Below are positions 13,141 through 25,590 of a DNA stretch of 64,000 bases, one piece after another. The position numbers and the translations under genes were made by a program. Source of the stretch: the human T2T-CHM13v2.0 reference genome, Homo sapiens; the NCBI RefSeq assembly GCF_009914755.1, contig NC_060927.1; one strand, written 5' to 3'. The notes under the pieces were generated by a model that saw only the letters and a program-made list of their open reading frames with translations, searched no databases and was not told the DNA's origin. Positions within the stretch are counted from its first letter, which is position 1. Every line of letters begins with the position of its first letter.

Positions 13141-14309
13141 TACTTCTGTTAATGTAAAGAGCTCCACAATATCTAGGCTTTATAATAATATCGTTATTTT
13201 ATGCCAACATATCTTTATCATTGTCCATATTCACTTTTTAAATTTACATCAAGTTGATTGGGAAGTTATTTTATGAAGTATTTTTAGTAATAATGATAGT
13301 GAATTTATATAGCACTTCTTTGGAGAAGCAATCATGCACTTCAAACAAAAATGATTTATGTGTGTGATTTTTTTCTGAATCTTTAATTCACCTTTCTTTA
13401 AAATAAAGCATTAAAAGCAAAAGTACCTTGACTTGTATGATACCTATAATGTTAAATGGAAATAAAATACCATTACACTGCCTTGTTCTTTAGGGTCTAT
13501 CGGAGCATGAAATCAATATCACCATTAGCTCAAGTACAATCAAATATTCTTTCCAATTTCTGTCACTTGCTGTCACCTGCATTTTGAATTTCATGACACT
13601 TTTTTCACACACTCTCTTTCCGCACATCTCTGAAAAATTCGCTCAACCATCTAGATTTATCAAAGGGTCATCATTGAGCTGAATGGGATTAAAATTTGAA
13701 TATGAGATATAATTCATGTAATGTGAACATGATTGTCTCGCTTTCCTTTTAGACTCTGTATATGCTGTTCTCATAGGAAAACAGGGTAGTGCAATAAAAA
13801 AATTCAAGTTTGTGCAACAGAATTCAGTAGTGTAATGATTTAGTTATTGACAGCAGGGTGTGACACGCTTGGAGAAGCTAGTCACTAAAATATACCAACC
13901 TGCTGGAATGAGGCAAACATGAAGCATGATAAAACATTATGCAGCCTGGTTTTAAAAGCTCAAAGGATTTGTAAAAGAAAGAGCTTAGGAACAAATTAGT
14001 AAGCTGAAATAGTGAGTTGAGATGAGAAAAATGAAAGGAAATTTAAATCACAGAATAATAGATAGGAATCATTATTTCTCAAAGAGAAGGTACTTAAAAT
14101 AACCAAAAGAATGAAGAGGGAAACATTAAAAAATAATAATAACAACCTCTTAAACTCTGAGAAAAAGCCAACATTCTTAGATTGAAAGGGTCTACAAAGC
14201 ACTGAATAGAATAAATTTAAAAGAGGTTCACCTCTGGACATAGATTGGAGCAAATTTTAGAGTATTAAGTATTAAACATTCCCTTCTAACCCCTTCCAGT
14301 GAAGGGGTT

Positions 14310-15178
14310 CTGTTCTAGGAAGCTAACAATAGGTTGTCTTTCTAATATTCATCTGCTCAGACTTAGTCTTTCATTTTATACTATGTGTTATACTAATAAG
14401 CAGGTTAAGTTTTCCAAAATTTTAACACAAAACTTAGACACACATTTTCTCTCTATCCTAGAGTTACCTCTCCAAAATAAGATGAGAATATATATATATA
14501 TATATATATATTTATTTATTTATTCAATCCTTACCCTATTGGAAGGGTTTAGGAGTGAATGTTTTATGTGTATATATATATATATATATATAATATATAT
14601 ATATCTCATATATATATCATAAGATATGAGATATATATATGAAAATTAGATTGACATCATACATCTCATTGTTAATACTAGATGAAACATAGCAAAATTT
14701 CTGAGAAAAAATGTTACCCCTCACTTTTTCTAAAGGACATATTTTAACAAAATGAAAAAACAAAACCAGTTCCCTGTGTGGTATAAGTATAGAAGAAGTA
14801 ATTCTGTATAAACCCTCTTAAGTTTCATTTAAAAATAACTATTCTAAAGCATACTTTTATTTATTATATTAACAAATTGAAATTTAATAGCAATCTTAAA
14901 GTAAAATACCAGAAGATCTAAATAATAAGGTGGTTTCTGGAGCTGAGCGCGGTTTAGAACATTTGAGAAGAAGGAGAATACAGGTAAACGAGCACCAATA
15001 TTCTCATCTTATTTTGGGGAGGTAACTCTAGGATAGAGAGAAAATGTGGGTCTAAGTTTTGTGTTAAAATTTGGAAAACTTAATCTGCTTATTAGTATAA
15101 CACATAGTATAAAATGAAAGACTAAGTCTGAGCAGATGAATATTAGAATGACAACCTATTGTTAGCTTCCTAGAACAG
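14310..15178. repeat. Long inverted repeat: arms 14310-14491 and 14998-15178
   Basis: Manual reverse-complement comparison gives about 182 bp with 4 substitutions and 1 indel. Confidence 0.97.
14488..14640. repeat. Two (TA)n tracts with a short (TTTA)n and a unique spacer
   Basis: Read directly; tracts at 14488-14510 and about 14565-14640. Confidence 0.95.
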
Positions 15179-15269
15179 TGAAAACCATCACTGTTGTTTC
15201 CAAAGACATGTTAAACACAACAAAAATTTTTTACATAGGAAGTTTGGGAAGGGAAAGGAGAGGGATTGT

Positions 15270-15279
15270 GAGAGAGAGA

Positions 15280-15319
<40 letters not shown>
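15270..15319. repeat. (GA)n/(GT)n microsatellite
   Basis: Read directly. Confidence 0.95.
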
Positions 15320-15321
<2 letters not shown>

Positions 15322-17174
15322 AATAGACAACAGTTAACTATCATCCAAAATAGAACTCAAGGCAAAAACCAAATTGCTACAATGAGGGATATTTCATATC
15401 AACTTTCTACACTGAAGACACTTAATTATAAGGTCATTTGTAGTAAATTATCTTTTAAGAAAAATGAGATTAGATCATTAATTGAACATATTTTAAAAAA
15501 TAAATTTCAAACTGAATAAATCCTAAACATTTAAAAAATCATTAAGACTACAGAACTGGGAGTAGGCCTCAGGACTTTTAGAGCCTTCTTAAATATGAAA
15601 TACCAATGCAAAATGAAAAAATATTATTTTCATTGCATCATTTTTGAAAATGATAGGATAAAATACTCCATAAATATCAAAGGACATAGAAGTATGTGAG
15701 AAGATAGTTGTAATACTTACAAGAAAAAATTAATATCTGAATGTATAAAATACTGCTGTTGATTTATAAGAAATAAAAAAATATAGAAAAACTGGCAATG
15801 TAAACAAAGGTGTAAAACTTAAGACTATATAAAAAGAATATACAATATGTAAAGATTCTTGAATTTACTAGTAATCAGGAAAACAAAAATTTAAAAAACA
15901 ATATGTCAGGTGATAACATTAGAAAATGTTAAAAAGATGCATCAGATCAAATGTGGGTTAGGTGGAAGGTAAATATATTTTCATATACTGTCAAGTGGGA
16001 TTATAAATAAGTAAAGATTTCAAATGATAATCTGGCATGTGAACATATAATTTAATCAATCATTCATCAAAATAATGGGAATATCTATTATACAGGAATG
16101 GTATGCCAAGTATGGCATAGCCACACTGTGGAGTACTAAGCAGGTATAAAAAGAAAAATGATAGATCTTTGTGTACTGATATGAAGAGCTCTAAGATGTT
16201 AAATAAAAAACAATCAAAGGTGGATTGACATCTACAGTGTGACATCATCAGTGAAAAACACAGTAACACACATAAACGTATTTTCTATGGGTACTATGTA
16301 GACATGTAAAACATTTTTTTTAAATCTGGGTTGATACACAGAAAAAATACATTAATGTTTGTATTAATATCTATAGAAGAGACTAAATTGGAATAAAGTA
16401 GTTATTAAAAAGAAAATTTACTATTTCCATATTGGTTAAATACTTCAATATTAGGGTACATTAGTAAACTATCTTATATAATTAAAAATTAAAGCAAAAT
16501 GGGCAAGATTAAAAAAGGCAAAAAAATAAGTAAAATTTAGGGGGTTGAGTCATCAGTGAGGTTTGAGTCGCTCTAACTCTAAGGAGAAACAATGTCCCTA
16601 ATCCTTGCAGTTAAGAGTAAAAGGCATTGACATTATAGAAAATTTAACTATGTTTAGACTTGAGAAAGAAAGGGTTGTATACAGCTAGGCAAAGAAGAAA
16701 TTTGCTGTTAGCACTTTTACATACAATTCTAAGTACACATATATTTTCAAGACATTGTGTCCTCACTTTTGTTACTCTTGACATCAGTTACTGTTATTAT
16801 AGTCTTATAGGTGGTATTGAGTAAAAGAGGTGTTTCGACATTCAGAATTTCAGATGCAGAATAGATGCATAAGAAAACTCTAACATGGCCTCAATATGGA
16901 GCATTGTGATTTAGAAGTAAAATTTCCAATATGAAGGTCAGTGTTTTTTTTTTCATTGATACACGAAACTATGAACAACCATGCTTATACAAGCCATTTT
17001 GTTTGGATGTAGAATAATTGTTTTATCTTTGAGAGCAGAGACTTATTTTGAACAAAGTGTTTTCCAAAAGATTGAATATGACATACAAAACCTATCTTAC
17101 ACCTCTCAAAAAATGCTAAAACTAAATGGGAGGGTGCACATGAAAATGCATCCTAATATTAACTATTTGAGCAT

Positions 17175-17880
17175 TCAATGATTTATTTGTTCAACAAATA
17201 TTTGCAAAGTACCATGCACTGGATTATAGGTTCATGATACTGATTATAGGTTCATGTGCTATGGGTGAAAAGGGATGATTTAAGTAACAACCTTTGTCCT
17301 TTTGATATTTGCAACTTAATTACTTAATAAAATATGTTCTCAGGTAGACTGTAATATGATACCATGTACAACAGAAATATGATAGAAATATTTGTCTGGC
17401 TTGGTGGTGTCTTTCTTTGAGGAGGTATTTATAAGCAAAGTTTTGAAGAATGAATAGGATGCAGAGAAAAATATCAGAAGTAGAGACTCCCAATCACAAA
17501 TGCTCCCCTATTTTTATACATATTGGTTTCCTACTCTTTTCTAATTTCATAGTTTTGATCATATTGTTTTCTGTCCTTGAAATGATTATCCCTTCACCTC
17601 GATGTCAACTCCTGTCTGGCAGTACTATCCAGCCACTCAGAGCCAAGTCACATGGAAATTCTTTATTATGACATCTCAGAATCGTGATCTTCCCTAACCC
17701 CATCCCATTCCTTCTTTAAACAGTTTGTACTTGATATATAACCTGCACCCGTGTCACATTCTTTTTGGCTGAACATCTCTTTAAAAGCAAGGATTATGCT
17801 TAGTTATTCCTTAGTGACATAAACAAATCCTTGCCCAGTTCTTTGCACAAGTTTGGGACTAAAAATATTTGCTGGATTAA
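17175..17880. mobile_element. L2 fragments (minus about 17175-17470, plus about 17560-17880)
   Basis: ttcaacaaatattt on the left and ctttaaaagcaagga...aaaatatttgctggat on the right are L2 3' termini in opposite orientations. Confidence 0.5.
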
Positions 17881-20800
17881 TTTTTCCTAACTTAAAGACT
17901 TATACTTTGAACATGATTAGACCCAGTATGAGACATTCATGTGTAGTGATACAAGGTACAAGTGTGTTTTGTGGGGGTGTCAAGTAAGATGGGCTCACTG
18001 TGTATGTATATAGACATAGGTTTTAGCAAGTGCATAAAGAAGGGATGTTATGCCAATTAGAAATAAAAAGTAAGATGTTGAGGGCTCTCTTATCTAAAAT
18101 AGTCAGTGTTCTTTGTGTACTTTACTAAGGGTTGGGAAAGACAAGATACAGGATAGTGAAAATGCCTGTTAATGGAACATTACTTTCATTCCACAGTGTC
18201 ATGGTAGTCATGGCGTGTTTTAAAAGCCATCAGTTTTCCTATTGCCATCCCCATTTAATACAGTTTAATCAGGAACTGGACTGAGTAGCTCATACTAGTC
18301 TGACTATTTTTATTCTGTAAATTATTTAAAGTCTTTGGTTTAATAATCATTGAATACTCATTTGCCCTACTTTGGGGTAAAATATTTTTAAGGAACTTCT
18401 ATTCTTCAGAGTTAAGTGACAATTTATTCAGGTTTCTCAAATATATAGTTAATGTTTTATTATTTTATTTCTAATTTTGGAAAGGTAACCACTCAATAAA
18501 ATTTTGTATTACCTCGAGGTAAAATTATTCAATGTAATCATTCCCTGAGTAGAAAATACCATCAGGACAAAATACACTTCTATTAAAATGTGAGTGGTAT
18601 AATCAAAGACATAAAATCATTCATTAATGCAAGGGCTACATCTTATCAAAATTTTAAAAATTCCCAAACAAAAATTTCCATGAAGCACATAAAGTATCTG
18701 AAATATACAAGGGCTATATTAGGAACAAAAGCATGGACTTTATTCTCACTCACTAAAGAACTATCTAGATAATTTGTTCTTCATAAACCTTTTAAACACC
18801 AAGAAAAAACACTCATGGCATTTTCTCTTCAAAGGAGTCTTAGGAAAGTAGGCTCTGAATCAATTTCTTTTTGAAAGTTGAGCTAAATAAATTCTATTCT
18901 AAACTTCAGCTGTGCTGTGGGTGAAAAGGAAAAGCTGTTATCTGAAATGAGGTCAAGTTCATAGCTGGCCCATAGGCAACTGTTCTCAAGTATTTGAGAA
19001 TTTTATTCCTGCACCTGCAATATGATAGTGCCAGAATTGCTAACTCGCCTGCCCAGCTGTCCTGTCTATCAGATGCCTAGAGTCTGCTTGTTATTATAGC
19101 ACATCTAAAAGGTAGCCCAAGACAATGAAGAGAAGGCATTACCTATTTGATCTTGATTCACATCATTGTTTGCCCACTGGTGCAATGTACTATATTTAGA
19201 TAGCTATGGTATGTAAAAGGATGGATCTGGATCATATAATGCAGCATAACTTATGATCAAATGGCTTGGTAATGCAATCCACATTAATCAGCACTTAGCA
19301 GTACTTAAGAAGGGTATATACTGTCTTTGACAATTTTTTGTGGTTTCTGATAAATAAATTTAGGAGACACTAAATGACTAAATCATTCATCTTGTGAAAA
19401 CCAAATATGTTTCATTATTCAAATTATGATTAAAGAATTATAGAAATATCAGAGTCGTAGCAGTATCTGAATATGTCTGCATCATGAACATTCATAGGGT
19501 CTACTTGTCCAGGATGAATGACCAGTGTATGTTAGTGACCCCTGCTGTCCTAAAAGGGACATGATATTCTATGAGAAAAAGTCTCCTTTGGGTACTTGTG
19601 ATGAAAATTCATTAGTCAATCTGTGGCTGAATTAATCATTCACCCTCTAAGACCTACCACTTATCTAATTGTTTCTAAGCTGACCTCTGTGCCTAGTCCT
19701 AGACCTTGAGGTTATTTAGATCTCAATGTACTTGAACCTTCTTTTGCATCTGACTTTATTGTCCTCTCCTTATCAAAACTGCCTTCTTTTGGTGTCAGAG
19801 ACATAGCATCATCCTGGTTGATTTCCTACTTTATTGACTGCCCTGTTCTTTCTCCTCCACTATTTTTTCCCTCTTTCTCCAAGAAGTGGGGGGCATGCAA
19901 GAAGGGAGTACATTCTTCAAGGTTCTGTAATATCCTTCCTCTTTCATTTTTACTTCTTTCCTGATGGTGTCTCTTATAAAATTGTTTAAAAAGTCCAAAC
20001 CCTTCCATCCTTCATGCCCATGTGTGTCAAATGGTGGTTTCCTTGTATTGTTTTCTCCAGAAATTGCAAAGAATGCTATTTTGATGCGTAATTACTCACA
20101 CATCTGAATTTAGTTAAGTGGAGATTGTTCAGCACTATTTTTGTCTCTTTTTTTTCTCATCCTTAATGACTCCAATATATGAGATACTGGAATTTAAGAA
20201 GCTTCATTTTTCTCGGATACATGTTCCAAAAAATGTGTTTCCTGTGACCTAAGAAATGCCCTCTCTGTTTCTTCTGAGCTCAGCTTTCACTGTTCATTTT
20301 GGCTACATTCTCTCTGTGTCTGTACTTCACTGAGCCACACTGCAGGGGTGGTGATGACAGGGGAGCAGAGAAGAGAAAGAGAAAAATGCTGTTGTAATAA
20401 GAGTGAAGTTAGTGGTATAAAGTGAGAGTACAAATCTGCACCTTGTGATAGCAAAACTATTTCCTGTTTCTACACTGAATAAAAACATTTTTTTTCACTG
20501 TATATAATTCTAGCTTTCAGAAAAAGAGGCTGCCCAGTTTGAACACTGCTTGAAAACTTATTTTTCCCTGTGCATAAATTTCTGGGCCTCTAACGCTTCC
20601 TGTGCAGCATTTTTAAGCATATTCTCTTCATTCCCCACTTAGAAGTGAAGGTTTTGCTGTTAGCCAGTTTATTTCCTACACATTTAGGACATATGGACAC
20701 AAAATAAGTTCACAATAACTGTGCATAGAATGAATGACCAACAATAAATAAATCAATAATTATTCCCCTTCTGGCTAATACTAAGTAAGCCCCAAATTTT

Positions 20801-22647
20801 GCTAATTTCACGTATTCATGGAACTGTGTATGGACTTTGTACACTCTGTTGAAATTAGTACAAGTAGAAAGAAATGTTGTGGTTTGTTTTATTCATTAGA
20901 GAGAAATAAGAAACATAATGCGAATGGAGCTTGTTAAACAGAAATTGCCAGAGCAGCAGTTAATGGCCTACTTTGCCTCCCATGGAATGTCATATCACTG
21001 TATTATTTTACTTTGGGTTTACGAAAAACAGTCATGTAAATAGTTCAGAGTGGTAGAATGAATGATTATTTAGTCAGTCTATCTTGGACAAAAGATTCCA
21101 AGAATAGTCTTTTGATAATTGCATGCACACATGCATGTACATGCACGCACACAGACACACAATACCTTCCCAAGATTTCTGCTAAAAATAGATGAGCAAA
21201 GAGCTTTTGTATAAAGCACAGTGGATTTATTTATTTCCAAATCTCTCTCTTCAGTGTCAACATGCTTCATCAATCCTGCTAAGTCTTTTTCTCTAGAGAA
21301 GACCTGTCAATATATACCTTAATGAATTGATATCATGTCAATAATTAGGCTTCTGGGACTTCTTTTTTCATCTGAAAGAATATGAAGATATTTTGTAGCT
21401 GACTTGAATGGTCAGATTTCTCCCCATTCATCAACTATCTCACAAAACATTTATTTTTATTAAATTTCAGATGATCAAATAAAATTTTAAATATACCCTG
21501 ATTTATATAACTACTGAAATATCTAAGACTTTAATCTTATTTCAAGAGAGGCTTGATTTAAAATGGCCTTAGAGTGTTAGTTTAATTAACATTCATGAAT
21601 TTGGAAAGTTTGGAAACAATATATTCCTTAAGGCAATTCAGCACTAAAATCACAAGTTATTACTTGAGCAGGAGAAAACATATTCAAAGAATCTTTAATT
21701 ACGTTTGAAGAACAACACGGTCTCCTGTCAGACCGTGGGCAGTCTTTCATGCTCTGAACAGGGGACAATGATTCTCCCACTCTTCTCCATACTCAGTGTT
21801 TTGGTGTTCTTCCTTGCAGTTGGAACTATCTTCTTTATACAAATATATATCACATTGGAATTGATGGTGGTAATCTTTTTTTGGAAAAGATGCCAGCAGA
21901 GATTAACTTCTGAAGTCCACATAGTCAAAGTCAGGTAGTCTCTGTAACTCACTGGAAAAAAAGAATAGAACCAGGATATTCATCATAAGTGACAATAATT
22001 TACAATATTTCTGACGGTGTCAAAACATTCAGAGATTGACTGGAATCATGGTTTAATGTTGTAGGCAAGCGGTGGTGCCAAGTTGCTTAATTCTCACTTA
22101 TCTATCATTATAACGCCACTGTGGAAATATGTGCTGTGTTACAGCCCATAACATTATGTTTAAAACCGACATTGATCTACTTATATTCTGTCAAAAATGT
22201 GCAGAGCATGAATAAAGAAAAAAAAAATTGTAAATAAGCAACCACTTATTTACTTAAAGGGCACCACTTCTTTAAATAAATAAGAAGATATTTCTGGTTC
22301 CTAATATTCTGATTCATTAAATTGTTAAGTACCTGAATCTTAGATTTTTCACTGTTTAAATATATTAATATGATGAGAAGACATCTCATTCTTTTTTCCC
22401 CAAGCATTCCAAGTTGACTTTGATGAAATTAGCAATTTTCAGTAAAAAGACTTTAGGAACCAATTACTTGAGTCTGTTTTTTTAGCATGTTGGTATTCAG
22501 AAAAGTAAAATTTGTTACACTTTTGTTTGATAAATGGCAGGTAAGTGCTTGTTTCTCCAATGAGTTATTAATTGTAAAGTCCATAATAGCTATTAATTTA
22601 GAAGCACAAAACACTTAAGAAACAATTCAGATAAATAAAACAATTTT

Positions 22648-22944
<297 letters not shown>

Positions 22945-23029
22945 GATAAATAAAATAATTTTAAAAGTACATCTATAAAAACTAGAATTATGAATTTCTA
23001 AAAAGATAATTTTTTTGATCTCCTGAGAC

Positions 23030-23790
23030 AAAATGACTAGCAAAGCTGCTGACTTTGAATAGAGTGCTTTGAGGCAGCAAGTCTTGAAGGCCATTGAAAA
23101 AGCTGTGGCCCAGGCACTGCCTTAAAAGCCTTTAGAGTATGCTAACCTGATAGAATTACAGGTGTCTGCAACCTCCACGGATGCTGGTTGGAGACTATAG
23201 TAACAAAAAATTGCCACTTGGGTGTGCCAGCCTCTGAGTTTTGACGATACAGTTGCCTGAGGCAGCTACCAGATATATCTCTTTTAAATGGCGACTCCTT
23301 GATTATTTGGGCACTGGTAGAGACGATCTGATGGCTGGAGCACCACCTGTACTTCTAATCACAACCCCATCAATAAAATTGGATAGGCTCAACAGAGCTC
23401 AATTATTAAATGGAAATGGTACATTCACAATGGGGCCTGACTGGGACCCCCAAGAGACCAGTAGGTTTCATGAAGGCACAAAGAATTATAATTGTTGATG
23501 ACACAGAATGGTTTACTAACGGCTCTACAAAACTAAAAGCAGACTTGGTCGTTTGGACTGGTGCCACCATCTGGCCAGTGAATGCCATCTTTTGAATGAG
23601 ATCAAATACAGATGTTGTGTCCACTGAACCAAACTACATGCAACTACATGAGTCACATGGTGATGACCGTGCATGCCGCCCCATCACCATATTTTACTAC
23701 ATTTTCAGCGACTTAGTAATGAGTCTCACTGGATCCAGACAGGTTGGTAACCCTTGCACAGTGAACCTGCTTCACAGTTACAACTAAACC
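23030..23790 (+). pseudogene. ERV-L class (class III) pol fossil: RT connection/tether region and start of RNase H
   Basis: Manual translation across stops and frameshifts: [40 protein letters not shown]; AQQSSIIKWKWYI..GPQETSRFHE; WFTNGS. These match ERV-L pol motifs TRKAASFEW, WALVET, AQQHSIIKWKWYI and WFTDGS. Similarity after about 23600 is weak. Confidence 0.85.
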
Positions 23791-23859
23791 ATACTCAGAT
23801 AATTAATATAAAATTAAATGACAGTTTTGAAACATACACACACACACATTTATGATGTG

Positions 23860-24340
23860 GTGATTGTGTCTCCAGAATCCTCCATTTTACTCATTGCATT
23901 GTGTAGGAGCCATTTATTTTGATAATTGACCCAAATCCAGTTGCTGGGCTGACACTGGTTCACCTAAGCCAATCAGATAATAGACAACCTCATTGATTGG
24001 TTCAGGAGATGGGCTTATCACCTATGTTGACCCAATCAGAATAAAGCCCAGGAACTTCATTCAATAGTGGTGGTGGTGGTGGGTGGTGCTTTCATCTTAT
24101 TTTTTAAAATCCATGTTGTAGATAAAAAAATAAAACTGTCTTAAGCTCTTTGCTTTCTTAAGAGAAGCCAGCTTGAATAGAAAGCTGATAAACAGAAAAT
24201 AGCAAAACATATAAAACTGCCAAGAAATGAATCTGGTGCCTGATCAAAGCATGCTTAGAGCTTAGCCTGCCACTAGACTACTAAGTCTTCTTAATTACTA
24301 AAACCAGGCTCAGCTGAATTTTTTTGCTACTGTAAGTATC
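23860..24340 (+). mobile_element. LTR16-like ERVL LTR, probably the 3' LTR of the pol fossil
   Basis: agccaatcaga, gattggttcaggagatggg, cccaatcagaa, cctgatcaaagcatgc and terminal ttttgctactgtaa motifs. Confidence 0.6.
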
Positions 24341-24679
24341 TTAAATTATAAAATAAGTGAAAGTTCATAAAATATTCCCTGGCTTATCACATAAATCTTT
24401 AGCTATTACACAGCTGGGAATTGTTTTCTTTTTACTGTTGGTTTTCATCCAAGTATAGTCAATGTTAGACAGCCTTCCAATAATATACAATGCTCCATTC
24501 TTAGAGTGCTTCATTTGAAGAATTTTTGATACAGCAGTAGCTTAATTTATGTCAAATTAGTAAGAACTCGATATGAGCCATCCAATCAAGAAGAGTTCTG
24601 AAGAGACAAAACTTAAAACTCTAGAAGAAAAGTGATTTTACATAGGCATAGGTCAATAATAGTAATAAAAGCCACATAT

Positions 24680-24850
24680 TACATGCCAAGAGATTTACAT
24701 GTAATAGATTATGACAAATCTTTATATCAGCTTGGTGAGGGCTGCCTTATTATCTTCATTTAATAGCTGAACAAATTGAGACTCAGGATATTTTGATAAT
24801 GGATCAGTTTCATCCAGCTAATAAGCAGACTCTTGCAAAGTCCAAATTCC
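24680..24850 (-). mobile_element. MIR
   Basis: ttattatcttcatttaatagctgaacaaattgagactcag. Confidence 0.6.
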
Positions 24851-25365
24851 TTTGAAAAGAAAAGCTATGCATTTAATCCACCTTAAGGCTTCTCTTTCAC
24901 AAATTTACTTTCAGAAACGTTTACTTAGGGCCTGCTATATTCAAAGAGTGAGAGTTACATGAAATCATGAAATATATTACCTGAGAGCCAGGAACAATCT
25001 ATCTGTAGAGAGAAAATGGACTACATTAAAAAATGAAAATAAATACAAATAATTGAATTGAGGGCAAAAAGTAAAGGATAAAAAAAGGAAAAAAAAACCC
25101 TGATCATTAATATAGAATGAATTCTAATTCTGAAATCATAAGTTTCAGAGACAGAGTTTTATTTGAGCTCAATCTAAAAGGAAGAGAAGATTGCTGTAGA
25201 GATAGAGGGATGAAGAGGTCATTCTTGGCTGCAGAACCTTTGTGAGTCAATGCATGAAGGCAGTCAAACTTAGAGCGAATAGAAAGCAGGCCCATGAAAG
25301 CCTGACCTGGTGATAAATATGTGGTAACAACAGAAGCTAGAAAAAAGAAATGTAACAATATTTTC

Positions 25366-25590
25366 TCAGTCCAGAGATTGCAAACTTAAGGTCCATGGCC
25401 TGTACTTAGTCTGTATAGCTGCTTAATGTAAGCCAAATAATGTTTTTAAAATATTTGAATGGTTGCAATTTTGGTCCATGATCCTCAGCGCTCTTTGTCT
25501 CTATCCCCGCCTCTTGTCTGACGCTAAGCTGCTTCACTCATCCACAGTGTACCTTGACTGGGACCAAACAGGCACTTTTACATCTATAGT
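25366..25590 (+). mobile_element. hAT-Charlie DNA transposon remnant (MER102-like) within a minus-strand L2 region (about 24900-25900)
   Basis: cagagattgcaaact...tgtttttaaaatatttgaat...gcttcactcat...aggcacttt. Confidence 0.5.

Larger units (their letters stand above)
13990..16490 (+). mobile_element. Ancient L1ME/HAL1-like fragments, disrupted by the rearrangement at 14297-14640
   Basis: ORF1-like cttagattgaaaggg...ctggacata (14177-14241) resumes at gaaaattagattgacatcatac (14641); L1ME 3' motifs at 15960-16200. Confidence 0.55.

Noticed and set aside
13490-13900. Unique-looking stretch with an acceptor-like ttctttag and a ~60-codon open frame; possible conserved element
   Set aside because: No donor before the stop and no recognisable protein; conservation cannot be judged without alignments. 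The same limit applies to 18900-19300, 20900-21060 and 45100-45260.
21705-21938. 77-aa hydrophobic ORF and possible exon 21820-21934
   Set aside because: The start codon is TTG rather than ATG, the donor (CAG|GTAGTC) is weak, hydrophobicity follows from T-richness, and I recognise no homology.
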